In this document: one piece after another, positions 60,860 to 64,000 of the stretch
How the letters are laid out: every line of letters begins with the position of its first letter
Position numbering within the stretch: position 1 is the stretch's first letter
Assembly: GCA_043228905.1 (NCBI GenBank)
Contig: JBHGNT010000013.1
Location: forward strand, 19,654,001 to 19,718,000
Length of the DNA stretch: 64,000 nt
Source of the DNA: Azolla caroliniana
Taxonomy: Eukaryota > Plantae > Polypodiophyta
Direction: 5' to 3'
Notes under the pieces: model-generated
What the model saw: only the letters and a program-made list of their open reading frames with translations
What the model was told of the DNA's origin: nothing
Databases searched by the model: none
Position numbers and translations under genes: made by a program

Positions 60860-62875
60860 CTATCTCCTATCTGTCTTCCCAATTGATCGCTTCCCAGAAA
60901 ACAGATGTTTCGGCTTAAGGTTATATACAACCCTATCAGCTTCACCTTTCTTTGCATCCTTGTTCCTTTGCTTGACAGCTTTCTTACCTAGCTTCACAGC
61001 CTTCATTTTCTGTGCTGTATCCTTGAAACCTTCGCCTGGTTGAGCTTCCATAAGAGCTCTCGATGCCGACCTTGAACGCAATCTCAACTTCTTTGAAGGT
61101 TTATCCACATCCATTGCATCACCATCACCATCGATATCCATTGCAGAAGATCTTTCTCTTTTCCTACCTTGTCTAGATTGAGACTTGCTGCGTGCCCTAG
61201 CTACAGCAGCTGATGGGTCCATACCCATGCTTGAGAGATGTCTCTCCATTCTCAAAGCACCGAATTTCCTATCCTTATCAAACTTTCTAGGCACAATTGG
61301 CTTGCTTGACGCCGTCGTCTTCTTTGCCCTATGCTCTTCCAATAGTTTCTTCTTCCTCCTCCTTATTGCATCGAGTGCCTCTTTCTCCTCAGGAGTAAGA
61401 TCTTCATCACTCATTTCAGAGCCTTCTTCACCCTCCTCAGCTTCTCGAAGGCCTTGCTCATCTTCCAATTCTTCCAGTCGTTGTAGAATGTCCTTGTCAA
61501 TGAAATCTGCAACGTTGTGCCCATCCATGATTTCAGGAATGATATCTTCTTTCCATTCATCATCAGCCAAGATATACTTCTTGCGAAGGTTGGACGAGTA
61601 AACACCTGCACCACCATTCTCATTCTCCAGATCCTTTTCAAGCTTCTTTTCCTTTGTGGGAGCTTTGGCCCAACCTTCAAGAACAGCCTGAGGGATACAG
61701 GGAGGTCTATCCTTACCATCTCTGGGCCGGGGCATGGCTACATGAATCCTATTTAAACAATCGCTAAGCTTCTTGGACTTCATCTTCACCTCCACGCGTT
61801 GAGATAATAGCCTCTCACATGCTGCATTCCTCACAGCTATGACACCTTCCTCAGTGAGAGTGCTCATAGTAACCAAGCAGTCATCAGAGCTAGTTAATTC
61901 ATCCATAACCAGGCCAGCTCCATCACATTTTGCAGCTTCGGCTTTCATGTTCATGATAATCTTTTTATCTTCTTCTGGGAGTGTCTCAAGGGGTTGCAAA
62001 TCTACTTTATTGCACACCACTAGCAATGGCTTGTTTACAAACAAAGGCTTGATACTATGAAATAATGCAGCTTGCTGCTCTAAAGTATAGCCACAAGCAC
62101 CTGATATGTCTACAAAGAAGAGAACGGCAGCTCTTAAATGAGCCAAAGCAGTAATACTAAGCATTTCAATAGTGTTCCGATCCTCCAAGGGATGATCTAA
62201 AATCCCTGGAGTATCAATAACTTGCCATCTAAGATACTTATAATCGGTATGGCCAACAAAGAGAGACTTGGTTGTGAATGCGTAGGGCTGAACATCCACA
62301 TCAGCTCTGGTTATCTTGTTAATGAAAGAGCTTTTACCAACGTTAGGGTAACCACAAATCAAGATAGTTCTAGTGTTTGGATCAATGCTGGGGAGCCTTG
62401 ACATATGTTGCCTAACTTGTTCTAAGTAAGCTAAACTCGGACCGATTCTCTTCATTATAGTACACATCCTACCGAGTGCGGAAACCTTCAGTTTCTTACA
62501 TCTATACAGAGTATCACCATACTTAAGCAGCCTCACATAGTCTTTGCATACCTTGCTGATGAGGTTTCTTGCAGTGTTTATCTGACCAAGGGCAAGCTTG
62601 TAGTGGTCTTTGTCATACAGAACGTTGAGAAGGTCCGCATAGAAAGGATGGATGTCATCAACGCGAGGGAAGTCTTCGATGATTTTGGAAAGCTTCTCAT
62701 GGAAGTTCTGCTGAGTGTATTTCACCTTACGCATGTAGAACTGACGTAGGCGATTGATGGAGTAACCCTTGTGGACGACGGTGGGGGTCTGCCGCTGCGT
62801 GCGAGAGAGGATGATGTCGATGAAGTCTTTGGAAGTGGGGACGATGGTGATCTGCTTGAAATTGTAGAGCACCAT
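60860..62875 (-). CDS. NOG1: Nucleolar GTP-binding protein 1 (NOG1), 671 aa, single coding exon
   Basis: MVLYNFK.I..VP, RTQRQTPTVVH, G1 GYPNVGKS, G3 DTPG, G4 NKVD, C-terminal KPKHLFSGKR.IGKTDRR. Confidence 0.96.
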   Translation of the reverse strand: MVLYNFKQITIVPTSKDFIDIILSRTQRQTPTVVHKGYSINRLRQFYMRKVKYTQQNFHEKLSKIIEDFPRVDDIHPFYADLLNVLYDKDHYKLALGQINTARNLISKVCKDYVRLLKYGDTLYRCKKLKVSALGRMCTIMKRIGPSLAYLEQVRQHMSRLPSIDPNTRTILICGYPNVGKSSFINKITRADVDVQPYAFTTKSLFVGHTDYKYLRWQVIDTPGILDHPLEDRNTIEMLSITALAHLRAAVLFFVDISGACGYTLEQQAALFHSIKPLFVNKPLLVVCNKVDLQPLETLPEEDKKIIMNMKAEAAKCDGAGLVMDELTSSDDCLVTMSTLTEEGVIAVRNAACERLLSQRVEVKMKSKKLSDCLNRIHVAMPRPRDGKDRPPCIPQAVLEGWAKAPTKEKKLEKDLENENGGAGVYSSNLRKKYILADDEWKEDIIPEIMDGHNVADFIDKDILQRLEELEDEQGLREAEEGEEGSEMSDEDLTPEEKEALDAIRRRKKKLLEEHRAKKTTASSKPIVPRKFDKDRKFGALRMERHLSSMGMDPSAAVARARSKSQSRQGRKRERSSAMDIDGDGDAMDVDKPSKKLRLRSRSASRALMEAQPGEGFKDTAQKMKAVKLGKKAVKQRNKDAKKGEADRVVYNLKPKHLFSGKRSIGKTDRR

Positions 62876-62965
62876 GTCTGCAGAACGAGGGGGGGGGAGA
62901 AAGATCTCTCGGCGTGGCTGCTGTGAGAAAGACACAGACCGAAGAGGAGTGCTCAGCGAAGGGAA

Positions 62966-63090
62966 TTAGGGTTTTGACAGCCTTCTTTCTCTGTGCAGTT
63001 TTGCAGGGGGGCGAGGGAGATCTCTCTGCGTGTCTGGTGCGAGAAACACACAGACCAAAGGGGAGAATTCAGCGAAGGGAATTAGGGTTT
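62966..63090 (-). promoter_or_regulatory. Two telo-boxes (AAACCCTAA) upstream of NOG1, within a ~117-bp duplication
   Basis: TTAGGGTTT at 62966-62974 and 63082-63090; telo-boxes are typical of plant ribosome-biogenesis gene promoters and 5' UTRs. Confidence 0.6.
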
Positions 63091-64000
63091 TGTCAGCCTT
63101 CTCTCTCTCTCTCTCTCTCTCTGTCGTGTGTGGTTTTGGCTATTTACATGAATACCCCCATCTCGAGTGAGTGTGTGTAATATCAATATATGTATTCTAG
63201 AGACTTTTGAAAACTCGACAAATGCCCTCCTCTCCAAGTGGGTGCCCATGGGGTTAGGGTTATGCACAAGCGGAAAGCTCAATGTCAAGAATTAGGGTTA
63301 GGGTTATGCCCAACCCTCCATCAATGCATGCTTGCACCTACCTAATAACTATCTCTCCGAGAGGGGTTACCCTCAACATGGAGCTGCTCCTTCCACACAA
63401 GTAGAGCTCGATGCCGAGAATTAAGGGGTAGGGTTGTGCCCCACCCTCCATCTCTCCGTGCCTGCACTTGCCTACCTGCCTACCTATCTCGCCAAATCAT
63501 TGTATGTCCTTGTAGCTTCTGAAAACTTTGAGCTTCCTCAAAACCCATCTAGGAGTACGTCATAAATATCCTAGAGGTTTTCCCTACAGAGTCGTTGGAA
63601 TGTCGCTAATCTTTTTGGTTATTTACAACGATACTCCTCTAAGATTCCAACTGATCTACATAAGGGTATTCCACTAGCTTTAAAATCTTAGGGGTATTCC
63701 GATAAATACCCAAAGGTATTTACGTGTCCTTTGTTAAGTATAAACACTCTTTCCACACAAATGTCATGTCACCTTTTGTATATTATGTTACGACAAATTA
63801 AGCTTTTATTGTCTACTAGGTATATAGTTGGGTAAAAGATACACCTTAATCAATGTTATAAAAGGAGACAATAGGGTTTGTTAAATATAGTGAATAAGTT
63901 TTGTGAGCATTTCAAGGTTCTCCGCTTGCTTTTTTAGCATTGGGGTAATCATCCTACTTCTTTGTGATAATGTATTATTATTGTAGGATTATGTGGGCAT

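Noticed and set aside
62876-62935. N-terminal extension of NOG1
   Set aside because: Starts at a non-ATG codon; the conserved NOG1 start is the ATG at 62875.

Overview
Eukaryotic nuclear DNA from a land plant. A fern or other seed-free vascular plant is most likely, inferred from a DYW:KP-type PPR protein and the retroelement types. Bases 1-43.2 kb are almost entirely nested retroelements. A 32-kb decayed chromovirus (8559-40557, TSD CTATG) hosts a solo LTR, an APE-RT LINE, two young GC-rich Ty3/gypsy copies and a self-priming Tcn1/sushi-like element cut by a 100-N gap; part of the LINE is duplicated across that gap. Outside the nest are solo LTRs, a 117-bp foldback made of LTR ends, and a 1.76-kb non-autonomous LTR element. 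That element carries a decayed ATXR5/6-like SET domain and has a tRNA-Arg-like 3' end where the PPT should be. Bases 45-63 kb hold three host genes (LTD/GDC1, a PLS-E-DYW:KP PPR gene, NOG1) and a young Ty1/copia with one open gag-pol ORF. Most notable: the SET-capturing dual-PBS element, five TGTCG...(C/T)GACA insertions that all have CpG-centred 4-bp TSDs, a -1 frameshift signal bypassed by an 8-nt indel in one copy, and tRNA-like A/B boxes in different LTRs. All calls were made by eye; no database searches were run.
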